DNA of 64,000 nucleotides from Candidatus Thorarchaeota archaeon (GTDB lineage: Archaea > Asgardarchaeota > Thorarchaeia > Thorarchaeales > Thorarchaeaceae): NCBI GenBank assembly GCA_963726195.1, contig CAVSBO010000016.1:128001-192000 (forward strand), in the 5' to 3' direction. Shown here piece after piece: positions 30,537 through 41,574 of the stretch. The position numbers and the translations under genes are program-made. A model generated the notes under the pieces. It worked only from the letters and a program-made list of their open reading frames with translations. It did not search any database and was not told where the DNA came from. Every line of letters starts with the position of its first letter. Position 1 is the stretch's first letter.

Positions 30537-31331
30537 ATGGTCAAGAAACGCGCTGAGTGGCCACAGGCCGATGAGTATGCAGTAGCTCTCGCGACCAAGG
30601 TCGCCCCGTATGGTGCGTATGTGACATTACCAGAATATGGTGACAAAGAGGGCTTCATCCATATCTCGGAAATAAGCAGCACTTGGGTAAGGAATATCCG
30701 TAATCACATACACGAAAACATGAGAACGGTCGTCAAGGTGCTACAGGTAGACACTCAGAAGAAGCACATAGACTGCTCGCTCAGGAGGGTCTCTGCTGAG
30801 GCAAAGAGAGCGAAAAACAATGAGTGGAAGAGAGCGCAGAAGGCGGAGAAGCTCCTCGAAGTAGTCGCAAAGGGGAACAACATGACTCTCGAACAGATTT
30901 ATGACAGTCTTGGATGGCCGCTTGAGGATACCTTCGGGGAAATCTACAGGGGACTTGAACGCGCTGCAGATACAGGGGTCGAAGCCTTCAAGGACGTTAA
31001 TGCTCCGAAGGAATTGCTGGGGCAGATTGCCGATCTCGCAAAGACACGCATTGAGATTCCTTCAGTTGACATAGACGGCGAGCTTTCCATAGTTGTTCCA
31101 GGTCCTGCGGGGATTAACGTAATCAAGCAGGCCTTGACAGCTGCACTTGACCAAAGGAGCGTATACGAGAAATCCTCCATAGATATCTACGCCTTGGGGG
31201 CACCGCGATACAAGTTGCATATTGTCAGCCAGAACTACAAAGAGGCAGAAGAGATACTCCAGAGCATCGTGGACTTGGCCACCAAGGGTATCGAGGGCAG
31301 CGGCGGGACTGTGAGTTTCTCGCGCAAGTAG
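30537..31331 (+). CDS. eif2a: Translation initiation factor 2 alpha subunit
   Basis: S1 domain YGAYVTLPEY, IHISEISS, IDCSLRRV, GAPRY. Confidence 0.96.
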   Translation: MVKKRAEWPQADEYAVALATKVAPYGAYVTLPEYGDKEGFIHISEISSTWVRNIRNHIHENMRTVVKVLQVDTQKKHIDCSLRRVSAEAKRAKNNEWKRAQKAEKLLEVVAKGNNMTLEQIYDSLGWPLEDTFGEIYRGLERAADTGVEAFKDVNAPKELLGQIADLAKTRIEIPSVDIDGELSIVVPGPAGINVIKQALTAALDQRSVYEKSSIDIYALGAPRYKLHIVSQNYKEAEEILQSIVDLATKGIEGSGGTVSFSRK

Positions 31332-31344
31332 GTGGCACCGGGTC

Positions 31345-31524
31345 ATGACCCATCTTTTCAAGTGTGTCAAATGTGGCAGATATACCCTTCACGAAGATGC
31401 ATGCCCAATATGCGGGGGGCATCTCCGCGACCCTCAACCAGCCAGATTTTCGATCCAAGACAAATATGGCGAATACCGTCGCAAGGCGAAAAGGAGCTCT
31501 AGGGCACTACCTGTTGGCCTGTAA
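31345..31524 (+). CDS. nop10: H/ACA RNP protein Nop10 (59 aa, not in the ORF track)
   Basis: KCVKCGRYTL...CPICGG...PARFSIQDKYGEYRR; conserved position after eIF2a. Confidence 0.92.
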   Translation: MTHLFKCVKCGRYTLHEDACPICGGHLRDPQPARFSIQDKYGEYRRKAKRSSRALPVGL

Positions 31525-31569
31525 TTCAATGAGCTGGGTAACACATGAAAGGGCGGCAGGCCAATCCCA

Positions 31570-34343
31570 CTAGTACAATTGGGTTGGTACCCAGAAAGTA
31601 TGCCACTCAGACGCCAGCGTTGGCTCACCCGAAGTGACTCGGTCCCAGAATAGCACCCGGATTTGATAATTCATTCCGGGTCGAAGATTGACCTCTTGGG
31701 AGTCGGTGGACCCAAATGGCAGAAGGAATTCCGTTGCATTAGCGCCGGATGCAAACTGAGTGACATTGGCGCCTGCCGTATTGTAAACCCAGTTGCCATT
31801 GTAGTCAATGTGACCATCATAGAACTGATGGCCCTCATAGTTGACGAGACGGAGATTGGACTTTTCTGGCGCACCCAGTGGGGCGATTTGAATCCCTATA
31901 GCATCCTTGCCCAAGTCATAGCCGGGCAGGTTCAAGCCAAAGTATATGTGAGTGGTATTTCCTTGGATGTGGACTTTGGCATCAAATCCGCCTCCTAGCA
32001 CTGCGTCAAAGCTCGCAAGCGACTTCTCGATTGAAGATAGGCTGCCGTCCATCGCGATGGATGTCAAGTTGCCAAACTTTGGTGCCCAAGTAGCCTGTGT
32101 CTTGTTGACATACTGATTGTACATAGTGTAGTCGATATCGTAAATCTTCACAAGACCATAGTCAGAGCTGACGTAGGGGTTCTTGAAAGCACCGTGCAAA
32201 TCCACCGGCATGTGGCCCACCCAGCGAGTGTCCGACATGTATCCACCCGAAATCTCGTCGACGGATAGTCGGGTCGAGCTCAGACCCATTGCGGAGCCTT
32301 CATCGGCAGTCGCCGGCTCTCCGTAGGACAGCAGCTTGAACAATGTGGATGAGTAGAACGGGTCGAGCGTATAATCAGTCTCGTGAACGTTCAGGGTAGA
32401 TGGATCGTCACCTAGGTATGTGGCATCGGTTATCACCTTGCTCCCAAGGTAGTCCTCTGCAATGCGAACCATCCACGGCCACTTGCCTTCATCTCCACCG
32501 AATCCAGCATATTCGTGCCCCCAGTACACGAGGACCTGCGTTGCATTCCACATCTTGAAAATTCTAAGAGATTCTGTGAGATTGAGAGCCATCAGGGCGT
32601 AGCCCATCAGAGCTATCTGTGTGCCATTAATGGTTGCGTTGTCATCGATTGTCTTGGCGCCGCCTGCTCCGTTAATCCAGTATCCGTAATCCCACCAAGC
32701 TGCAACCGTAGCTCCCGCCGGCATAACGCTGCGCAAGTGCGTCATCGCAGTCTGCCAGTCTCTTATCTGGTTATTGTTGTAGATACTGACAGGCGCAAAC
32801 TCGGGACCAGTCATACTCACACCGTACTGGACGCCCAAGTAGACATTGACTGACAGCAGGAGGCCTAAGAATGTGAATGCTGCCAGGGCATGTTCTGACG
32901 TCAAGGATGTGCTAATCCTGAAACGCCGACGCTCGAATACCGATCTCTGGGCAACTACCTTGGCAAATGGTGCAAGGATGGAGTCTGTTGCGACTGCCGC
33001 CAGCAAAGCTGCCGCTGGCGCCAGAATGAGAGCTGAGACGAATCATACTGCCTGTGAAGTATACAGCGGTCAGTCCGAACAGGACGATGAGCCAGTCTTC
33101 ATCACGGCCTCTCTTGAACAGAAAGTACATACCTAGTGGGAATAGGAATATCAGGACGGATAATGTCTGATAGAAGCTTGCCCAAGGAGTAGGGAGATGT
33201 TCAGCGACCGAATTGAAAATCCGCTCCTGTAACCGGAAGAACGGATTGATAACAGCTGAGGAACTTTCCCCCAACGAATGTTATCGGATTGGACCCCAGC
33301 GTTTCTATCGCTAGGTTCTGACCTGTTGCATAAATGAAATACGCAGTCGCTCCGATAGTGGGGGCTATCAAGCCTAGCAGCAGTGGTTTTGTGTGGGGAG
33401 CAAGAGCGCCTGCCGTGGCTTTGCGGTACTTGGTTATCCGCAACCAAATCTCATAGCATGCAAGCAGCACGCCCATGCCAGCAGGAGCGAGGAATGTAAT
33501 AGACGACAGAGTACCGGCATTTGCAAAACTGCTTCTTGGCAGCATGCCGCCTATGAAAAGTCCAATGCTGAGAGTGACCAGATAGCTGGTGAGCAAGCGT
33601 TTACTGTATCGACCGGTAAGTAGCATGAGCATTCCAAAAAGAGCAAATAAATCAGTTAGGAAATCAGAGGCACCCCATGAAACCTGAAGATAGCCTAAGC
33701 AAAGACCTGCAGCTACTGCTGATGGCAGAGATCCTCTCTTCAGCGCCCGGACAAAGAACAGAAGCGTAATAACAATCGCAAAGATTCCGACAGCCTCGTT
33801 ATCAAAGAACCCGGCAGTGGTTCTCTCTAGGTAAGCCGGCATGAATGCCATGAATAGCGCACTTAGTAGACCTACTGCTTTGTTCGACAGTTCCTTGCCC
33901 AAGAAATAGGCAATTATCGTTGTACATGCACCCATGAACGTACCCATAGCTATGGTGACGGACAACACACTCACGCTGATGCCGAGACCATTCACAAGGA
34001 AGTAGAGCGTCGCTGCCGTGAATGGAATACCAATGTAAGTCGAAGCAGGAATACTGCGACCGAATGGCACCCAACTAGTATAGTCATACCAAGTGAAGAA
34101 TGATGCATAACCATTTTGGGTGACATACTGTGTCACTTTGAGCTGGTACCAACAGTCGAATTCGTGGAGTATCGGCTGCGTGGCTAACGTAGGAGCCAGA
34201 CGGACCGCCCATGCCGCAAAGAACAGGATTGCAAGCGTAACAACTAACAGAATGGAGCCTCTAGATATCTTAGCCTTCGGTTTGTGGAACACCTGTCGGA
34301 ACAATCTTCCGATTGACTTCTTGAAGCTTCTCAGACTCGGCAT
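31570..34343 (-). CDS. aglB: Oligosaccharyltransferase AglB/STT3, split into three ORFs by frameshifts
   Basis: HEFDCWY, GFFDNE, SVAEH, WWDYG, DNAT, DEGKWPWMVRIA. Confidence 0.93.
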
Positions 34344-34532
34344 ACGGTGCTCTCCGTTCGAAGCTGCATTCGACCGACGCAAACTTGGATGCGCTAAAAA
34401 GGTTGCTGTTGGTGGAGCCATCGTACACATGTGTGCTCAATGAGAGTTAGTTCAAAGCAACGAAACGGTCTATGTCTTCCCCAGAGGATTATCCCGCGAG
34501 ATTCTGTTGTCGGAATACGAGTACTGCTTGTT

Positions 34533-34940
34533 CTATTTTGAAACAGTGAAAGCAGAATAGGCTTTGCTGTCCATCAGCTTCTTCAAATCCTGCTTCAGTG
34601 TCGAGGACTTGATTTTGCACATCCAGCCCTTGCCATAAGGATCCGCATTCACGATTTCGGGGGCATCATCCAGGGCCGTGTTTACCTCTGTGATTTGTCC
34701 ACTCACTGGCGAGAATACATCGGAGGATGCTTTCATGGACTCAACAAGACCGCATTCCTCGCCTGCAGTCACAGCAGTACCAGGTTCCTTAATCTCGACG
34801 AAAGTGATTTCATGAAGAGCGTTTTGTGCGTAATCGGTTATCCCAACGATAACCAAGTCACCTTGCACCTTTGCCCATTCGTGTTCCTTGGTATAATACA
34901 GCCCATCGACAACTTTCGTGCCTTTTGCACCCTTGGACAT
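34533..34940 (-). CDS. gcvH: Glycine cleavage system H protein
   Basis: YYTKEHEW, GITDYAQ, VESMKASSD lipoyl Lys, NADPYGKGW. Confidence 0.96.
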   Translation of the reverse strand: MSKGAKGTKVVDGLYYTKEHEWAKVQGDLVIVGITDYAQNALHEITFVEIKEPGTAVTAGEECGLVESMKASSDVFSPVSGQITEVNTALDDAPEIVNADPYGKGWMCKIKSSTLKQDLKKLMDSKAYSAFTVSK

Positions 34941-34996
34941 CCAAACTCGCCTTCGTTCTTGACTGCAAATGAGACCGCTTTAAATCACTTTGCATT

Positions 34997-36143
34997 CTAT
35001 CGAGCCCGATTTTCACCATACACCTGAGAGTCGTAGAAAGGCCAGCCGGTCACTCGTGCTTTTCGTACTCTGCCCTTGATGTCAATATCTACTGCATCGC
35101 CTTCTTTTGCGCTGTCTGGCCTGACATATGCCATCGCAATGCCACAATCTAGCACGGGAGACATGCCGCCACTTGTGACTGTTCCTATCTTCTCACCGTT
35201 GACCAAAACTGGGTATTGTTCACGAGGAATTCCCTTGTCTATCATTATCAGTCCAATGCGCGTCTTTGTGACACCAGTCTCCTTCTGCTTTGCAAGAGCA
35301 TCATACCCAATGTAGTGAGGGTCTACCTTGAATTTGACTGCATAAGAAATACGAGCCTCGAGTGGGGTTGTGTTCTCGTCGAGCTCGTGACCGTAGAGCA
35401 CTAATCCAGCTTCAAGACGCGTTGAGTCTCTCGCACCAAGTCCACACGGCTTGACCCCGAAGTCCTTGCCCTGCGTAAGTATCTCCTCCCAGAAAGCAAT
35501 GGCCTTCTTCTTTCCCGCTTCATTGAAGGGGGTATCTAGCAGCAGTATCTCGCCTCCCTCTTCGCCTGTGTATCCGGTTCTGCATAGGTAGCAATCCCGT
35601 CCAGCAATCTTTACGGAATTGCAGCTGAACCGTGGCAGCCCCCTCATGTCTGTCCGTGCCATCTTTGAAAGCAAATCTAGCGCCTTTGGCCCTTGCACTG
35701 CAATCATGACCACGTCCTTGGACCGGTCCTCGACGACAACTTTGAAGCGCTTGGCATTTGCCATCAGATGAGACTTGATCTTCGGGCCATTGGACGCATT
35801 GGTTATCCATATGAATCTCTGTTCGCCAATCCTGTAAATCATTAGGTCGTCATGGATCCCGCCATTCTCATTGAGACACGTAGCATAGTGACCCTCATTG
35901 AGCCCAAGCTTAGCAACGTTATTCGTCGTCAGAGTCTGCAGGAAATCAGCAACCTGTGGGCCACTGATGAAAAATCGTGACATATGTGTTGTATCAAATA
36001 CGCCGACTGCTTCCCTGACCGCCATGTGCTCTTCACGGATATCAGTGAACCGCACCGGCATCTCCCATCCTGCAAAAGGAACAACATCGCCATGGGATTT
36101 GTGCCACTCATAAAGGTGAGTTCTTTCTAAGCTTCTCGCTCAA
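34997..36143 (-). CDS. gcvT: Glycine cleavage system T protein (start likely frameshifted)
   Basis: RTHLYEWH...FAGWEMP, FDTTHM, RTGYTGE, GLGARDSTRLEAG. Confidence 0.95.
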
Positions 36144-36293
36144 TGATATCACCGCATTTCCTGCTGGGGGTGTCAAACCCTCTAGGTTTTATGTTCTTCC
36201 ATATACCTCCGTCAAACGAGGCGAAGAATCATCGGCCGCTATAGTACCAGCATATGCGGAATTGAAATTGGTGCGGGACGGCGGACTAGGGTC

Positions 36294-37445
36294 ATGGGAG
36301 TGCTCAACCTTTCGCCAGAGTCGTTCTACCGTGGTTCGGTTGTGAGCGACCCCGATGAGATTCATGAGGCGGTGGAAGGCATGGAGAAGGATGGAGCGGA
36401 TTTCATCGATGTGGGAGCGGCCTCGACAGCGCCCAAGAACGTCTATGGTACAACAGATGTGAGCGAGACGGAAGAACTGAGAAGAATCAGGGACCTGCTA
36501 GGATTAGTTGTTGAGCGCACAAGACTACCGATATCGATTGATACAAGGTCGGCCTCAGTTGCAGAAGCGGCTCTAGATATGGGCGCCTCTTTGGTCAATG
36601 ATACTTCCGGCCTTCGTGAAGACACCCGCATGGCGAAGCTTGTTGCTGACAGGGCAGTCCCCATTGTATTAATGGCCAATTGCGGAGAGCCGTGCGCAAA
36701 TCCTGAGGCCGCCTTGGATTCTCTTGTTCTCAGTATCAAGAATGCAACAGACGCGGGGGTGGGCTCGGATCAGATAATCATAGATCCAGGAGTTGGGTTT
36801 GGTAAGCCCGTAGAGACGGATTGTGCTATCTTGAAGAACCTGAGGATCTTCTCGCTACTTGGACGGCCGCTTCTTGTCGGCGTATCTAGAAAAGCATTCA
36901 TTGGCGAATTGCTTGGTTTGCCGGATCCAGCACAACGACTTACTGGAACCATTGCTGCTACCTCAATCGCCGTTCTGAATGGTGCCGATATCATACGCGC
37001 ACATGACGTAAGAGAAGCGCGTGCGGCTGCTACGATTGGAGAAGCATTGAGAATGCCTGTTTCATGGTGTGGGAATGGCATAGAGATACTCGCTCCGTGC
37101 AATGAAAAAGAGGCAGAGCTGCTGATACAGCAGGTTGGTACCAGTGCAGAAATCACGAGACAGCTTGCCAGCAAGGCCTCAATGCTCAGCATCTTGGTCA
37201 GAGATGTTCAGACGCCGGCAGCCCTAATACTGAAACAGGAAATGCTTGCAGTCGGAGGAGACGCCGCTTATCATCGTGATGTGATAGACCACAAAACTGA
37301 TCGCACAGACGTATTGGTAATAGGGACTCCTCTTCACCTCAACAAACTGGTAAAGAGAATAACGACAATGCGAGACTTCGGGCTCGCTGACATTGGCTCC
37401 GGAATTCAGGACGTTATGAGCAAGCGCAACTTAGACTCAGGGTGA
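36294..37445 (+). CDS. folP: Dihydropteroate synthase with C-terminal extension
   Basis: MGVLNLSPESF, ISIDT, DPGVGFGK, GVSRKAF, IIRAHDV; C-terminal LKQEMLAVGGDAA. Confidence 0.93.
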   Translation: MGVLNLSPESFYRGSVVSDPDEIHEAVEGMEKDGADFIDVGAASTAPKNVYGTTDVSETEELRRIRDLLGLVVERTRLPISIDTRSASVAEAALDMGASLVNDTSGLREDTRMAKLVADRAVPIVLMANCGEPCANPEAALDSLVLSIKNATDAGVGSDQIIIDPGVGFGKPVETDCAILKNLRIFSLLGRPLLVGVSRKAFIGELLGLPDPAQRLTGTIAATSIAVLNGADIIRAHDVREARAAATIGEALRMPVSWCGNGIEILAPCNEKEAELLIQQVGTSAEITRQLASKASMLSILVRDVQTPAALILKQEMLAVGGDAAYHRDVIDHKTDRTDVLVIGTPLHLNKLVKRITTMRDFGLADIGSGIQDVMSKRNLDSG

Positions 37446-37451
37446 TCGTGG

Positions 37452-38165
37452 ATGGATTGGTCAGAATGGCAGCCGGCCTATCTTGCTATAGCGAGGAGAC
37501 TCGGTCTGAGTATTGATGCTGACAGGAAGGCCACAGCTCTGCTTACCACGTTGCTCAAGGACGTTAATCCGGTCCCCCTTCTCGAGCAGCTCGAGAACAA
37601 GATTCAGAACCGTACTGTGGTGGTATGTGGCGCAGGTCCATCTTTGGGACGACAGCTGGATGAAGCGATATCAGGACAAGGAACAGCAGATGCAGTCTAT
37701 GTGGCCGCGGATGGCGCCGCATCTGCATTCTTGGAACTAGGCAGAGAGTGCGATATCCTCGTGACCGACCTTGATGGGAATAATGATGACCTGAAAACCG
37801 TGATAGACCATGGAGCTCTGCCGATAATACATGCACATGGCGACAACATGAATAGAATAGAACGATTCGTGCCCCGACTCACGAAGACACTTGGCAGCAC
37901 CCAAGTGGAACCGACTGATAGGGCCCTTCTGTGGGGAGGATTCACGGACGGAGACAGGGCGTGCCACATAGTTCTTCATTATGCTCCCAAACGCCTGATA
38001 CTTGTCGGCATGGACTTTGGAAACGTGGTAGGACGCTGGTCGAAGCCAAACAGACCCTCGCATTTCGAAGCAGACAGGAGAAAGCGAATCAAGTTGGAAA
38101 TCGCAGAACAGCTGATTTCGGGTCTGTTGACAAGAACAAGCGTTCCATGTGCTTTCATGGTCTGA
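37452..38165 (+). CDS. mptE: 6-hydroxymethyl-7,8-dihydropterin pyrophosphokinase MptE (DUF115)
   Basis: GAGPSL, AADGA, VTDLDG, HAHGDN, GGFTDGDRA, GMDF. Confidence 0.92.
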   Translation: MDWSEWQPAYLAIARRLGLSIDADRKATALLTTLLKDVNPVPLLEQLENKIQNRTVVVCGAGPSLGRQLDEAISGQGTADAVYVAADGAASAFLELGRECDILVTDLDGNNDDLKTVIDHGALPIIHAHGDNMNRIERFVPRLTKTLGSTQVEPTDRALLWGGFTDGDRACHIVLHYAPKRLILVGMDFGNVVGRWSKPNRPSHFEADRRKRIKLEIAEQLISGLLTRTSVPCAFMV

Positions 38166-38217
38166 TGCTCACAAATCTGGCACGGATAATCTCTGTCAGC
38201 AGTCTGATGTTTGGTAT

Positions 38218-38628
38218 CTACTTCAGGCTGTAGAGGTAGCTCATGATTAGGAACGCAGTTCCACCCAGCACTGCACCAAGAATCATCAGACGGGTTGCAT
38301 AGCCCGGCTGAAATACATACTTGGAAGCGAGGTAGAAGAGCCCGACGCCAACTGTACCGATGAATATGACAGCCGATGCTACAATTCCCTCCAGTCCAAG
38401 CTGAACATCAATGCTGGGTGCAATCAGAATGGGTGTGCTCAAGGAATTGGCAGCAATTGCAGGAGGTGTCTTGACAAGAGTGTAGATGTTGCCACCAAGA
38501 ATGAATAGCACTGCCAGAAACATAGCTCCAAAGATGATTATGTCAGGGGGACGTGCTGGCATACGGAACCGGGGTCTCGAAAGCCGGACTCTTGGTTTGA
38601 CAATGAATTTCGGCCACCATACTGGCAA
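38218..38628 (-). CDS. OSTC/DC2 (OST3/OST6-family) oligosaccharyltransferase accessory subunit homolog
   Basis: FILGGNIY..V.TPP, Q..LEG..AS, three TM helices; pattern matches eukaryotic OSTC. Confidence 0.8.
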   Translation of the reverse strand: MPVWWPKFIVKPRVRLSRPRFRMPARPPDIIIFGAMFLAVLFILGGNIYTLVKTPPAIAANSLSTPILIAPSIDVQLGLEGIVASAVIFIGTVGVGLFYLASKYVFQPGYATRLMILGAVLGGTAFLIMSYLYSLK

Positions 38629-38778
38629 CTGGCGAACCTCGCAGGCAGAGTCCAGCAGTCTGCTTTTAAGAATATCGTGAAATGCAGTCTTGTACTATGA
38701 CACGAGCATATCTTCTGAGGCACTGTTTAATATTGTAGGTGCATCAGCACTAGAACGAACAAGGAAAGGCGACTAGGA

Positions 38779-40911
38779 GTGTCTCGTGTTCTTGTGATTT
38801 CTGAGAAGCCAAATGCAGCCAAGAGAATAGCCGAAGCCCTCGACGAGAACGAGAATCCTCACGAAATCAAGGTTGGCAGTGTTTCTTATTATGAGTGCAC
38901 CAGAGGTGAGGATACGATATGGGTTGCTTATGCTCTTGGTCATCTCTACGAACTCCGCCAGACGGAAAGGGGGTGGAGCTATCCGAGACTCGAGACTGAA
39001 TGGGTTCCGAAGTACGAAGTGGAGAAGAAAAGTGCGAAGACTCGGCCTCTTGTTGCTCTCTTCAAGCGACTTGCAGGACAAGCAGATAGATTCGTGGTGG
39101 CCACTGACTACGATATCGAAGGTAGCCTGATTGGTTACTTGGTATTGAAGCTCGCCTGCGAGGTTAACACAGCAACGGCCCAAAGGATGGTGTTCTCATC
39201 GCTCACCAAATCGGATCTTGTGGAGGCATATCAGAACGTAAGGTCGAATCTTGATTTTCCAATGATAGAATCTGGTTGCGTGCGGCACCAAGTAGACTGG
39301 CTCTATGGAATCAATCTCACGCGAGCCTTCACTCTCTCGATTAGGAAGGCTAGTGGATGGTTCAGAATAGTCTCAACGGGTAGGGTGCAGGGACCGACAC
39401 TGGCATTCGTGGCCCTACGTGACAAGGAAATCAACTTGTTCGTGCCCACACCATTCTGGGACATCACCATCCAAGGTACCCATGACGGCCACGAGCTGGA
39501 AATCGAGTACAGCGGTGGTCATATTGACACGAAGACCGGGGCATACGCATTGGCTGAAGAAATCGGGGGAAGGACAGCCTATGTGGATTCAGTCAAACAG
39601 AGGTCCGTCGTGCAGCCTGCGCCAGCTCCGTTCAACCTGAGCGATTTGCAGACTGAGGCGTACAGGCAGTTCGGATTCAGGCCAAGCAGGACTCTTGCCC
39701 TAGCACAGAAGCTTTACCTTGAAGCTCTGATTTCCTATCCCAGAACGAGCAGCCAGAAGATTCCGCCAAGTCTTGATATCAAAGCCATTCTGAACGGTCT
39801 CCAACAACTGACAAGATTCGGTCCTCTTGTGAGACGCCTGCTTCAACAGCCACAGCTGACTCCGGCACAGGGTGAGAAAGACGACCCTGCTCACCCTGCA
39901 ATACATCCAACAGGGGCCCGAGCGAGCGAAGAACTGACACCAAGCGAAAAGAAGGTCTTCGACCTCGTTGTGCACAGATTCCTTGCATCATTTGGAGAAG
40001 CAGCGGTCAAGAAGACCGTCAGAGTGGAGATTTCATGTGGCGAGCACTCATTCTACATGAGAGGAGCAAAGGTACTGAAGGCAGGATGGATGGAGTTCTA
40101 TGGTCCCTTTGCACGATCAGAAGAGAGACCCGTGCCGTCACTTAGCAAGGGAGGTGAAATCTATCTTGCATCAGCGAGAGTCGATGAGAAGTATACGTCA
40201 CCGCCATCCAGGTTTAACCCATCGAGTTTGCTGAGGCTACTTGAGGAAGAGAACCTAGGTACGAAGGCCACCCGGTCCGAAATCGTTGATTCGATTGGCT
40301 CACGAGGATACACCGCGGGAGATAGATTCGAGCTGTCATCGCTCGGTTACGCTGCCTATGAGACCCTTCAACAGCACGTTCCGACACTGCTATCCGCTGA
40401 CATGACTCGCACGTTGGAAGAGAAGATGGAAGAGATACAACAGGGCTCACTTCACAGGGAGAGCGTGCTTTCAGAAGCCAAGAACAATCTTATCGGTCTA
40501 CTCGAGAACATCAGGTCTCAAGAAGATACGATTGGTCAGGCCCTAGTGAAAGGTTTGCAGAGGTATTGGAGAGAGGAACAAGAAATCGGACCATGTCCTG
40601 TTTGCAAGGACGGAACTCTCGTTGTGGTCTATTCACCAAGGAGTGGAAAGAGATTCATCGGATGCTCGAACTACCGCAAGGGCACATGTGGTACGACTTT
40701 CCCGTTGCCTCAGAAGGGGAAAATCGTTTCCCTAGACAAAGTGTGTCCTCATTGTGGTTACAGAATGATCAGAATACTGTCAGGCAGAAGAGGATGGGAA
40801 ACGTGCATCAACTGGGCGAACTGCCCGGGTCGACAAGAGGAACTCAAGACTATTGCGGAGAGGAGAGCAGGCAAAGGGAGAATCAAGCCAGTCGAGGATG
40901 GAGATACATGA
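38779..40911 (+). CDS. topA: Type IA DNA topoisomerase with C-terminal Zn ribbons
   Basis: ISEKP, ATDYDIEG, STGRVQGPTL, LISYPRT (catalytic Tyr), LGTKATR. Confidence 0.96.
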   Translation: MSRVLVISEKPNAAKRIAEALDENENPHEIKVGSVSYYECTRGEDTIWVAYALGHLYELRQTERGWSYPRLETEWVPKYEVEKKSAKTRPLVALFKRLAGQADRFVVATDYDIEGSLIGYLVLKLACEVNTATAQRMVFSSLTKSDLVEAYQNVRSNLDFPMIESGCVRHQVDWLYGINLTRAFTLSIRKASGWFRIVSTGRVQGPTLAFVALRDKEINLFVPTPFWDITIQGTHDGHELEIEYSGGHIDTKTGAYALAEEIGGRTAYVDSVKQRSVVQPAPAPFNLSDLQTEAYRQFGFRPSRTLALAQKLYLEALISYPRTSSQKIPPSLDIKAILNGLQQLTRFGPLVRRLLQQPQLTPAQGEKDDPAHPAIHPTGARASEELTPSEKKVFDLVVHRFLASFGEAAVKKTVRVEISCGEHSFYMRGAKVLKAGWMEFYGPFARSEERPVPSLSKGGEIYLASARVDEKYTSPPSRFNPSSLLRLLEEENLGTKATRSEIVDSIGSRGYTAGDRFELSSLGYAAYETLQQHVPTLLSADMTRTLEEKMEEIQQGSLHRESVLSEAKNNLIGLLENIRSQEDTIGQALVKGLQRYWREEQEIGPCPVCKDGTLVVVYSPRSGKRFIGCSNYRKGTCGTTFPLPQKGKIVSLDKVCPHCGYRMIRILSGRRGWETCINWANCPGRQEELKTIAERRAGKGRIKPVEDGDT

Positions 40912-41141
40912 CCGACTGCCCCATTTGCTCTCGCGAGTCCACAAGCGGCACGGACCTTTGTGAATACCATGAGGAAGCGCTGATTAGACTTCGTGATGCT
41001 TTCAAAAAATGGGAGAGAGCCATGGGTATTGGGTGGGACGAGTATCTGTCCAAAATTGCCCGTGTTGAAGGCTTAGGAGCTTGGGTTCGGGAAATTGTCG
41101 CATATCTCACTTCGAGAGATGCTGTCTCAACGCCTTCGTAA
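40908..41141 (+). CDS. Small Zn-finger protein coupled to topA
   Basis: MTDCPIC...LCEYH; ATGA overlap with the topA stop. Confidence 0.7.
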   Translation: MTDCPICSRESTSGTDLCEYHEEALIRLRDAFKKWERAMGIGWDEYLSKIARVEGLGAWVREIVAYLTSRDAVSTPS

Positions 41142-41451
41142 TGTCAATCATGAGAGCCCTAGTTAGATCCTTCACAGCAATTATCATCATACACATCTGA
41201 CCAGTGCTTTTTGCAACATTCTCTGCCAAAATGCGCACTTGCATGGCGTCATCACCGACAGACAGAAGCCCAGTGGAGGTCGGTTCAACTCGGCCTTGGC
41301 CTGCAGGGATTGCCACTGCTGATAGGCCCAAGCGAAAACGTTCAGAGTCGGATATCAATACTAGTAGGCCGTTCTCAAGGCCCATCACTCTAATCTTGAG
41401 CCGGCCATGCTCACTTTCGTACTCAAAATCGCGGACACCGTCGAGCGCCAT
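41107..41451 (-). CDS. Proteasome assembly chaperone PAC4-like protein
   Basis: VM.LENGLLVLIS...LG.SAVAIP...PTSTGLL...LAENVAKSTG pattern resembles PAC4/PSMG4. Confidence 0.6.
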   Translation of the reverse strand: MALDGVRDFEYESEHGRLKIRVMGLENGLLVLISDSERFRLGLSAVAIPAGQGRVEPTSTGLLSVGDDAMQVRILAENVAKSTGQMCMMIIAVKDLTRALMIDITKALRQHLSK

Positions 41452-41574
41452 GTGACAATCCCGATTTATACTGTAAGCAATTGGCCATAAATCAGTAACT
41501 AGCGGACTGAGGAATGTGCTGGTCTTGTTGTTCGAAGGTAGAAAACAACACTGTTATGTATCGAGAGGAACCTG

